This document shows positions 41,601 to 53,600 of a stretch of 64,000 nt of DNA, piece after piece. The stretch covers positions 54,808,001 to 54,872,000 of the forward strand of contig CM069137.1 in assembly GCA_035221665.1 (NCBI GenBank), given 5' to 3'. Under the pieces are notes generated by a model. That model did no database searches, was not told the DNA's origin, and saw only the letters and a program-made list of their open reading frames with translations. Within the stretch, counting starts at the first letter, position 1. Each line of letters begins with the position of its first letter. The translations under genes were made by a program, and so were the position numbers. This stretch comes from Okamejei kenojei. Taxonomy: Eukaryota.

Positions 41601-44600
41601 CGTCACATTTACAGCTTCTATCTTCACACCACCACCCTCCCCGCCAGGATGCAATGCCTATGTTGTGCCAGTCAGCAGGTCTTTGTATCACGCAGTTGCC
41701 TCCTTCCTCATTGCCGACGGTCAGCCAGAGGCCCTAACCAGATCCCTTCTACACCAACCACCATAGCCTTCCCTCTATCTGGTAAGCCATATCATGAAAA
41801 AGTGCTTTCTCTTGTTCTTCAATGTAATGGCTATCCTTGCCTTCCCTGCACATGTATTCCAGAGATTGTGGGCCATGTAAGCTTTAATTATCCATAGAAA
41901 GACTACTGTAACCGATAAAAGTGACATGAAAAGTCCCAACTCTTTCATGAGCATCCTTTAAAAAGGAAGCTCCCCTACATGAATCAGCTTGGCTGATTTT
42001 GACTCTAGTCCTCCTGCCGGAACTGCCTTTGGTTACATGGAGCCATCGCAAACGATGAGAATAAAATTGTTGAGACTCTACAAACGATAAAGAACAGTCA
42101 TTTCACTGCTTTGTGGGAACTTGCCATGTGAATATTGGCTGCCATGCATCCAATCACAACAGAGACCACCTTAAATAGTAATTCATTGACTTTGTGAGGA
42201 TGATGAAGGCGCTATAGGAGTTTAGTCCTCGTCTTTCATTCCAGCATTTCTCTACTGCTTTCAAACAAGGCAGGACACGCGCACCATGTGTGCCGCCTCA
42301 CAGAATCAATTGTCTGGCATCGGGGAATGCTCTTGGCCAACAGATTCTCATCCCAAAGGGCCGACTTGAGACAAAAGGAACTGCTAATGCTGGAATCTTG
42401 TGTAGAACTCAAAATGCTGGAGTTACTCTGGAGGACAAAGATAGGCGGCGTTTCGAGTCTGAACCCTTCTGCACACTGATTGTAGTAGGGGGCAGAAAGT
42501 TAAAAAATAGGTGGGTGAGGGATGAAGCCTGGCAAGTGATCAGGGAAACAAGCAAGGAGGCTCTCTGATTGACAATGGATGGACAAAGAGATGGAAGGAT
42601 GACAGAAGGGGGTAAAGAAGACAAAGGGGGAGTGAAGAGTGAAATGTAAATCCAGAGGGAGGGATTTAGATGGAGGCGGCCAAGTAATGGGGGGGGGGGG
42701 GGAGAAAAACTGGGATAGTAGAAGACATTTTGATTAGTACTAGTGTCTGGTTTGGGGGAGATGGCAGGAGAATGGGGTTAGGAGGGAGATATAGATCTGT
42801 CACGATTGAATGGCGGATTAGACTTGACCTAATGCTTATGACCTTATGACGTAGGAAATGGGTAGTTCACAGGAGAAAAATGGTGGGGTTGGAATGGAGA
42901 GTTTTACCTGAAATTGGAGATTTTGGTGCCCATTTGTCGGGTTGTAAGCTATCCAAGCCGGCTGTCAGTTTATCAGGGCGACAAACCCTTCATGGATTAA
43001 CTTCCCATTAACACGATTGGCAAATCCATATGGGTATTTAAACTCCTACAGTATATAATGGAAGCCCATAAATTAGCACCGCTGTTCTTGTTTCTGGGGC
43101 ATTTTACATGGCGAAAAAATCTGCCCTGCCATTTTTTACTGAAATATTCTATATGTCTGTTTGCGTGTGTGTACATTTGATCCAGATATCACGGGCTATC
43201 GAGTAAGAGCTACTCCAAAACCAGGCCAACGTGGTAACCTGATAGAGGAGATCCTGAAACCTCACATCACTTACTGGACCCTGGACAAATTGGCCCCTGG
43301 TGTTGAATATGACATCAGTGTTTACAGCCGCAAAGGCCAGATGGAAAGTTTGCCACTAACCACGGAGATAACCCAAGGTAATTAAGACAGCGGCGTGGGC
43401 ACGTGATGGTTGTGTTTTGTCCTAAACATAGATTTGACAGAGACCGATACACTGCAAGATCCGACTAAGGCAGCCCCCCTACCCTAGCTTCTGAACCACC
43501 ACGCTTGCTTTCTCCCAACTCCACATCTGAAGTACTCTATTTTCATGCTTAAAATGCAGGTGCCAAGGCCACAAAATGGCTTCCATTGACAGCTGGGCTT
43601 ATTTTATTTGCTTCAGATTTTTAAACGTCTGTCGCCTTGAGCTATGCCTTTCACTAACTATGATCATTGGCAATTGAAAGCTTTCCATTACGTTATAAAG
43701 GTGATATGAGGAAGATCTGAATTTCTATTATATTGTCAAACAAGGCATCATCCAAAGTTTGGAGGTTTTTGAGAACAGTTGGAAAAAGGCAAGTGTGTTA
43801 TAGTCTGTAATAGTTCTGCCCAACAGACCACTTGCTGCACCTCATTGTCTGACTGTCTGCTCTTGAAGGAGAGGGTTGCCGGGCTGATGGCTATTTGCCA
43901 CATTTGGGAAGGATAGGTCTGTGCAGAACATTTCTTCAGCACCACTTTGTGGATGACACCCAGCAGATGGTTAAGCCAAGGTTGAGTGGAAATCCCACAC
44001 ATTAACATGGAAATATCTCCAATAATTAAACCCCACAATAGCAGACTGCCTGTGTGGTAGACAGATAAACTGCAGATTCTGAAAATCCCAAATAAAAATG
44101 GTTAACGCTAGAAATTCTAGGCTCGGCAACCCCTGTGGAAAGAGAAAGAAAAGTTATAGTTGGTTCTGTTATAATGGTTTGTGTTCCATCTGCACAACTA
44201 GGAGATCCTGTTGCATATCACCTTTTGAACGCTTGCAATTTTCACTCTTTACAAACTATATCACGCTGTGCTGCATTCAGATTTTTTTTGTTTTGCACCT
44301 TTAATGCTTCCTTGTTGCCATTCAACCGACCAGAAATCCCCCAACTTACTGACCTGACCTTCGTTGACGTAAGTGACTCGACCATCGGCTTGAGGTGGAC
44401 GCCACTTAATTTTTCGGCCATTACTGGCTATCGCATCACAGTCACAGCGGCGGGGGAGTCCGTTCCCATTTTTGAAGACTTTCTGAGCGCATCGACAGGA
44501 TACTATACTGTGCACGGCCTGGAACCCGGAATTGATTATGACATCAGTGTCATCACCCTGATAGAGGGTGGTGGGAATGTTGCAACTACTCGGAAACAGC

Positions 44601-47600
44601 AAACCGGTGAATTTTTAAGCTAATTTTTCTCCTCATTCTAATAACCCACCCAGCACTGCATTCTCTCGCGGAAAACAATGGACTCTCTGAGTGCGTAAGG
44701 CGGCGGGGTGGTTTTTCTTCCACCTGCACTTTTTCCCCCATCCAGCACTACCCAACCCTCCCCAAAGTGTGCATGACATCAGGATGGGACTGAGATGAAT
44801 ATGTCTGGGTAATGCATGCAAGAACGGCATTGGCCATGGCACCCGACAAAGGGGGTGCACATTTTAACGTAGGATCTGTGTCTTCACACAAAGTGCAGTG
44901 GAAATCTGCACCCCCAGGGGGGTGGGCAATGAGGGGCAATTGAAGATTGCAGAGGTAGAGTTGCCTTACAGCCAATACAGCGTTGGAGACCCGGGTTCGA
45001 TCCCGACTACGGGCGCTGTCTGTACGAAGCTTGTACATTCTCCACGTGACCTGCGTGGGTTTTCTCCGAGATCTTAGTTTTCCTTCCACACTCCAAAGAC
45101 GTACAGGTAAACTGGCTTGGTAAATGTAAAAATTGTCCATAGTGGGTGTGGGATAATTTAAAAATGCGGGGATCGCTGGTCGGCGCGGACCCGGTGGGCC
45201 GAAGGGCCTGTTTCCGCGCTGTATCTCTAAACTAAACTAAGATGGGACTGGTCTTGTTTTGAGAGACTAGGTGACTCGATGGTAATTGAGGGCATGAACC
45301 AAGTAGTCCAATCCTGTTTAATCCTGAATTTAGGTAAAATTAGTAAAACCTCTCCTCCCAAGTGACTGACCCACCTGATGTGATGCTATAGTTTTCATTC
45401 TTATCTAAGTCAGTCCCTGCTGTCCATACCCAATTCTCAGTTCCCACAGCGAGTAAAAAGCATTTTTGAGCTGCAAGTTGAAATGTGATGCTTGAAAAAG
45501 GCTGAAAAGAGTAGGTTGCAACCTTGCTGCGGAAGGTGATCTGTCCCCATCACCTGCATTTGAGGCGGATGGGGCACACAACAGCTGGGGGAAGGATGGA
45601 TAGGGTACTGAATGTGGGTTAGGTTTGAAAATGCACGACGGCGAAGATTTGGATGTGGTTTCCAGCTCCTTTCTGTGAAGACGCGGCTCTGAAGGGCATA
45701 TTTGTAACCACCCCTTCCCAATGCTTCCTTCTGAGGAAGTGAATGGGCCCATTGTTTGGGAGTGTGTGCATGCAAACCCGACAGTCTGTATCGGCATGTG
45801 TCTGTGTTGGTCGAGCTGCTTGTTCACACCTAGAGCTGTCGGTGACCATGTCCATTCCCTCCTAGAGGTGCCATCTGCTACTGACATACGGTTCACCAAT
45901 GTGGGTGCAGACAACATGAGGGTCAGCTGGTCACCACCAGCCTCCATTGACCTCACCAACTTCATCGTACTTTACGGACCGGTGACAGATGTGGCTCACA
46001 CCAACCTCGCCATCCACTCAAGTGACAACATGGTGGTCCTGACAGGTGGGAGCATAGCTTCAGGGGAGGTGCTGTACATGCATGTCAGCGTGTACACACA
46101 CATGCTCATTTGTTGGTTTGTGTTTGTGAAGGTTTGAGTGAGTGTGTATCCAAGTGTGTGTGTTAGAATAAGTTTGTGTGTTTGTGCAAGAATAAGTTTG
46201 TGTGTTTGTGCAAAGAATCATTTGTATGTGTATAGAATGGTGTGGGTATGTGTATAGAATGGTGTGTGTAGCCATACGTGTGTGGACTTGTGTTATCCAT
46301 TACTTTAAATTTCCGTTTAAGTAATTTTTCAGTGGAGAGAGGAAATTTATAGGACTGGAGCACAGGACAGTGCCTTATTGTCTGGTTCTGCGTCTCTCCC
46401 TCTCCCACCGGGTGTAGTGAGTTCAGGATATCACAGTTACATCAACCACACCAACATGGTGGCCTAGTTAAAAGCACTGGGACTTAATTTCTGGGAGACG
46501 GTGACAAAGCCACATGATGAATAGCTGCTTGGCCCAGTGATTTCACTGCCACACAGACCTTGAAACAGAATTCCCTGGCTGAAGCCCTCCATTATGAGAG
46601 TCCTTAACTTAGTCCTGTCACATACAGTGGGATCCCCAACCCCTGCCTTGTGCACCAGCTCATGTCAGTCCACCAGTTTCACCTTCCTGATGGAGCAACT
46701 TGTCCGTAGGTACATGGTGTCAGATCATCTGGGAGCTCACTTACAGGTATCCGGCCACTGCCGTGGTGTTCTTTTTTTTAATTCATCCTTCGGGATCTAG
46801 GCATCCTTGTTTGATGTACTCTAATGAGATTGTCTGTTCCTCAGATCTCCAGCCTGGTACTAACTACATGGTGCAGATTATCTGCGTAATTGGTGAGAGG
46901 CAAAGCACCCCATTGATTGGAACCCAGAAAACAGGTAACTATTGTTCCAGGCCTCAGCTGAGCTGGATGGATGGCAGGACAGAGTGGAGGGGGAAACATA
47001 AAGGCTCATCTTGATAGTGCTTGGGTCCTCCTGTTCTCCTCTTCTACATACCCCTCGCTTCCTGTCTACATTACCTGGGCATGGGGAGGATTAATGGAAC
47101 GTGAAATACCCAAAGGGGCAATAGATATACATTTATACATACATACATACACCAGGAGGGTGATTTGTAAGCAAGGGGCAGACACAAATGTGTACAGTGG
47201 TTTGCATTATAGTAAGGGATGATTGGAAGTCATTATCATTGTCTGATATTGTTCGTTTTAAAGGCCAAGTGAAAAAACATGGGGGGGGTTTTGATCACCC
47301 TTGGTTCTGCAGAATGTCCCCTGTTGCTTTCAATGGAACCGCTCTTCTGCGTCAATACAAACAAATATCTGCAATCTTGCATCCCATCAAACCTCACTGT
47401 CTTTTTAAAGATCTTCCATAGCCGTTCATAGAGGGGAAAAGCCCAGGAATTCAGGGCTGGTGCAGCTTCTCAGCTAAATCTCCCCCCTAAATCTTTATTC
47501 TGGGGGCCCCAGTTCCTTTTGCTAATCCGAAGGCCAAGAACGTGTGCAGGTAGTTATTCCCAATAAATCCATCAGTTGTACCAACAGTGCTACAAGCATT

Positions 47601-50600
47601 TGACTTAATAACAGACATTTTCCTTTCTGCTCCACTTTCTCCGTTAATTTCCCATGAGCAAGGGTTGCCGAGAGGCGAGGAGCTTGTAATCCAGCGTGTG
47701 AGCTGTTTGACAAGCAGACAATTCCAAATGCAGTTGTTTCAGAAACTGAAGGGAAATGAGGCCCAGATTTGATGGCAGTGTGTGCCAAGTGAGGAGCCAT
47801 AGTGCCCCCTGGTGAACACCGACATATGTCAGCCACAAGTTGATGCTGGGCATGGACTCCAGCCCTGCGGTCCACCCCAACTATTCACCACTCACATCTT
47901 TCTCAGGGTACCAACTGTACTACAGTTATGATTAAAGTCCATGGCTGTGGATGGCTGGAGACTGATCCAAATATCTCAGCCTAAATCTCAGCATTCAATG
48001 TATATTCCTTACTTTCATAATTCTTGGCTCGGAGGGGTCTACAAACATAGATCCTGCACTATCATAGCTACTGTGTGGGAGTGTTCACAGGAACTAAATT
48101 GTCCATGATGTTACTGCATGATGAAGCAGATTCAAGGCACCACCAAGTGGCTACTGCTGTTCTTAAGTCATATGCTCATATGTTACATTTAGTAACCTGC
48201 ATGTCGGGAAAAAAAACAAAATGCTAGAGACAATCAGCATGGCAGACAGCATCTTTAGACTTACAGCACAGAAACAGGCCCTTTGGCCTTCGAGTCCATG
48301 CCGACCAGCGATCACCCTGTACGCTAGGGAACATTTTACAACTTACCAATGGCAATTAACCTACAAACTTCTGAGTCTTTGAAGTGCAGGAAGAAACTGG
48401 AGCACCCAGAGAAAGCCCACGTGGTTATAGGGAGGAAGTACAAACTCTGTACAGACAGCACCCATAGTCGGGATCGAATCTGGTTCTCTGGCGCTGTAAG
48501 GCAGTAACTACTGTTGTGGCGCTCTGTGGAGAGAAAACGTTTGGGTATATTCCAAAGAAGGGTCCCTTCCTCTGTTTTTCTCACCACAGATGCAGCGTGA
48601 ACTGCTTAATGTTACCAGTATTCGCTCTTTTTCTTTCAAATTTCCAGCATCTGCAGCTTTATGATTTTGAAGAGATACTTAATTTTGTAGCAGATACTTA
48701 GGTGGGAGATGATGCTAGATAGAGGGTTTCATGTTTTAGCCTGCTTTAACCCTTGCTTTTTATCTTTGTCACAGCCATCGACTCTCCAAGTGGCATTAGG
48801 TTCTCTGATATCACCACCAACTCCTTCACTGTGAACTGGCTTCCACCAAAGGTCCATGTCACTGGCTTCAAAGTACAGGTGCAGCTTGAGAAGGGGGGCA
48901 TGGTGAAGACTGAGCGGGTGCCAATTTCCCGCACATCCCATCACCTGACCAACCTACTGCCCGGCTCGGAGTACATCGTCAGCATCTCGGCCTTGAGCGG
49001 CACGCTGGAGAGCTTGCCTGTGGTCGGACAGCAATCCACCAGTAAGTGTAGGGCACCCATCTGTGTGGGTGCTTGGTTCAGACAGTGTACTGTGTGTTGG
49101 GATTCTCTGCAGCCTTGGTGGTAGGTGGGGTCAGGGTAGGGCCACAGGTTAGCTGTGCTCTGCAGAAGGATTTTTCAGCTGGATAAAATTGTTCTTTAGG
49201 TGGTGGGAGGTTGTTGTGGATGTATGGGGTCTGGAAACACCGCTATCCTTTAGGCTGACATAAGAAAAAATCAAGCCAACTCCTACCACATGTTGGTTGA
49301 ATCCATGCTCGAACATGATAGTGTGATGCATTCCTAGGTTAAATAACTGGGCAGCTCCTGGTGGGAAACCCAGACATCTTGATTCCTTCTTGGGTGAAGG
49401 TGGGAGTTCTGTGATGCCTCTTGTAGTCAAATAGCTTGTCCTCTCCTGAGCAATGGCAACTGAGAAGAACTGGAAAGTGCAATGAGTGAATATATGATTT
49501 GTCTACATGGAACAAAAACTGGTGTAACTCAGCAGGTCAGGAAGCATCTCTGGGGAACCTGGATAGGTGACATTTCGGGTCGAGACCACTTCTTCAAAGA
49601 TGTTGCCTGACCTGCTGAGTTCCTCCAAGCACTTTGTCTGTTTTAGTAAACTAGCATCTGCAGTTCCTTGCTTCTATATTTGTCTATGTGAAACCTCCTA
49701 CTGTGAAATAACTGCCTTAGTAATGGTCTGGCCAAGGACTGGCCTCTTTATTGGCACTTTGGGCACTGCAGGGAACTAGCATGATATTGCAACCATGATG
49801 AATTATGACCATGAGGTTGAGACTACCTTTCAGACAGGATATCAGGAGGGGCATTAAAGATCCTGGGCAACTTCGAAGAGCCAAAAAAGGTTTGCAAATC
49901 AAATTTATCACTCAGCCAATGTCAGTCAAACGAGCGGTCTCATGTTTGGACAGGTGAGAACTTGATGTGTACCTACCCTCCACATTGTATGCAGGATTTC
50001 CAAGGCTGATTTCACCATGAGAAGAATTGTCTAAAACAGCCAGGGTGGGGGGTTGAACATTTCACACTGATTAATTCCACTGTTTTTTCTCCTTCCAAAC
50101 CCAATCCCTGCTCTGCAGTCTCAGACTCCCCAACCAACTTGGAATTCACCAAGTCTACAACTAACAGCCTAACCATCAGTTGGACCCCACCACCCTTGAC
50201 TGTCAAATACTACCGCATCGCCTATGGAGAGACTGGTAGGTCCTTGCTTAATCCCCAAGTGATCTGTTGGCAGAACATTCCTTCATCTAATGTCAATCAA
50301 TGGCGACTGAATACCGTCTTTGCAGCCTTTGGGAATCTCGAACTAGAACACCAATCTGGCACCGCACTACACCCGGATTGTCAGTGCAACAAATGCAAGG
50401 CCAAATACTAGACCCAATTAGGTTAAAACTTTGGGGACTTTGAACCTAATGAGTGTGCTAAGATATTGAGCCTTGCTCGTGCCCAGAGTGCCTACTGCAG
50501 GGAGAGGGTGGGTATTGTCACACCTTGGTTTTGTGGAAAGTTGGAGAGTGTTAGCAGGGATGGAGGTAATTGGGAAGATGGAAACCCTTAAAGCCCTGTC

Positions 50601-53600
50601 CCACGGTACAAATTCATTCCAAGAGCTCTCCCGAGTTTGTCCTGATTCGAACTTGAAGATTTACGGTAATGGCTGCTCGTCGGTACTCGGGGCTCTTGTG
50701 GACATTTTTCAACACGTTGAAAAATCTTCACGCGTCTTCCTGAGCTTACCTGCTGTTAGCGAGTCTTCCTGAGTACCTGCCGTTAGCGTTACGAGCCGCT
50801 AAGAGACGTCCCCAAGCGCCGACGTACCCGCTACGTTCATTCTCCGTGCTTGCCCCGAGTTTGATTTTTTTTAAACTCGGGAGAGCTCCTGGAATGAACT
50901 CGTACCGTGGGACAGGGCTTTTACATTTTGGCAGATCACAAAATAAACCTTTAACTGCCTTTTGGCGGCCCTCTAGTGGTTTATGAAGGCTAGTACACAA
51001 CTCTTTGATCCATTGACCCGAAAGCCTGAAACAGGCTGTCGTGTGGGCCTGGACCTCATAATATGGTTGCAGTGACCTTGAATTGTATCTTAGATGTCCA
51101 TTCAAGGCATGTGATATCTGTTTCCGCTCACTGTATATGTGAAATAAGCAAGATCACTCTTTCGCATTTACAGTTTCAAGCCCGGTGTTAGACACTGCTC
51201 ATTATTTTCTCCTAATTCCTCCCCGCCCCACAACAGGAAGCCACAGCCCAGTGAAGGAGAAGACGGTGCAAGGATCTGACTCAACGACCACCATCACCAA
51301 CCTCCGCCCAGACACGCAGTACACCGTAACTGTGTATGCAGTCACCGGCCGCGGTGACAGTCCAGCAACCAGCAAACCCGTTGTGGGCACCGACAGGACA
51401 GGTAGGAGGATGGTAACAAAGGAGGCCTTGCAGCCCATCGGGTCTTGTCAGCTCCCACTAGTCCTGCTGCTGATGCTCGCTTGCATGGCCATCAACTCTC
51501 CCAGGATACTTTATGCTGCCCGCTCGCACAAGGAGCAATTTAAAGTGACTAATTAACCCAGCCAACATCCTGTTTTTGGAAATCTAGTCCAGAGAGGATA
51601 GATTTTTTTGGGAAAACAAAACACCCAAAGGAAGCCCATGTAGTCACCGGTTGAGGTCAGGATTGAACTTGGGTCAATGGATAATATAATGCTGGAGGTC
51701 AGGATTGAACTTGGGTCATTAGAACCGAAGCAGGAATACTATCTGCTGCACCACCATGTCACCGCAATGGTGTTTATCCGTGATGGTGTTATAAATCGAT
51801 GGAGCACAGTAAGATAACCTTTGGCAGTTGCTCCAATGATGGATATTTGAAAGATCTATCATATTTCTCGGCAATGAAGACGCTATTTTTTACCCAAAAA
51901 TAAGGCACGAAAATTTACCCGCGTCTTGGAGGCCGAAGGTTAGGTTGTTAGCCAAGAAGGATAGACTTGGGTGTCTCTCAGTACAAGCTAAGTCCATCCC
52001 TCATTGCTGGCAGCTGATGGGAAGCGGCTGTAAAATGCAGCGTGGCTGGGGGGGAAGAGTTCCTATCACAGCGTGTGGGGAGTCTGGCCCGGGGAGGGAA
52101 GTAGCTCAGATGGCTGTGAGCGGCCGGCGGGACTGGACAGCGGAACTGGCCGCTACCTCAACGCCTTCTGCCGGCCCGCCAGCCAGCCACAGTGTCCTTT
52201 GGCACAGGCGCAACCGGTGGAGGTGGTTGGTGGGTAGCTACTGGGCGGAAAGCGAGCTGCTCCGTCCCGGGCTCGCTCTCTCTCTCTCTACTGGTCCCGG
52301 GGCAAGCGACCTGGATGCTACAGCCAGTCCCGGAGCACACAGGCAATGTTGCCGACCCCGGGACTAAACCAAACCCTTGACCCTGTCCCGCAATCCTTTT
52401 TTCAAAATTTAGCAACTTAGTTGCTGGGAAATACAGTATATATTTATTTTCTCTACCTTACCTTTCACCACACAAACTTTTTTGCCTCAGATCTTTACCC
52501 GTCTCCACTTTGAAACTAACTATAGACTCATGTGTGTGTGTTGCCCTTTCATCATATTCCTCATTCGGCAGAAACAATTCCACAATTCCCCTCTGGACCT
52601 TTTACTTTTAAACTGCATTATTATTTAATGTAAATTCAGTCGACAGACTATCTGGTTATTAAGCAACGGAATGCTGGAAGAACTCAGCGGGTGAGGCAGT
52701 ATCTTTGGAGGCAAAAGCTGTTAGTCAACACTTTGGATCGAGAGCAGTAAATTAAAGCACAGGAGATTGTAAATGCTGAAATTTGTGGGGCTTCTTGTGG
52801 GGCTTGAACCTAAATTTGACAAAACAAATGGAGAGCTGGTGGATGAACTAAGAGGAGTAGGCAGCATCTGTGGAGGGAAATGGGTAGTTTTGGGTCAGGA
52901 CCTCCACAGGTGCTGCTCAACTCACTTTCTTTCAGCATTCTGTTTTTGTAATCCAGATTTCAGCATCTGTACTCTCTTGTCTTCACACTATCTGTTCTTA
53001 TAAGAAGAACTTCTTGTGGGGCTTGAACCTAAAACATTAACTATTTCTCTATCCAGCATAATCTCTCCCTGCTGTTTAGATGAGAAGTACGATGTTTCCC
53101 CTGGTATGGGGTTTCTAGAACTGCAGGGGGTCACAGACAAAATAAATGGTCAGCCATTCGGGATTTAGTTGAGAAGAAATTCCTTTGCTCAGAGCGTGAT
53201 GAATCTTTTTAATTCTGTACCCAAGAAGGTGGGGGATGTCGTTAAATGTATTCAGGGCAGAGCTTGCGAGGATCTAGTACATATTAAGAGAATGGAGGTT
53301 ATGAAGTTAGTGCAGGAACATAGCACTGATATAAAAGGTGATCTAATTGAATTGAATTGGGAGGCTGGCATGAGAGGCCAAATGGCCTACACCTGATTTG
53401 TTTTTCCTGCTAGAAATCTGAAAAAAGCAGTAGGTGCTGGAAAGACTCAGCAGGTCAGAAAGAATGAGTGGTTTTAATCCTGTTTCTTATGATTTGCTGC
53501 TGTCAAAAATGAGTGACATGGTATTTTGTCCCTCTGATAACTAGTCCAAACTGGTTGAGTCATGGAAACAGGTTGGAGGTTAGGAATGGGTTCATGCCCT

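Noticed and set aside
44945-45020. tRNA-like A/B boxes
   Set aside because: Head of a tRNA-derived SINE; no complete cloverleaf.
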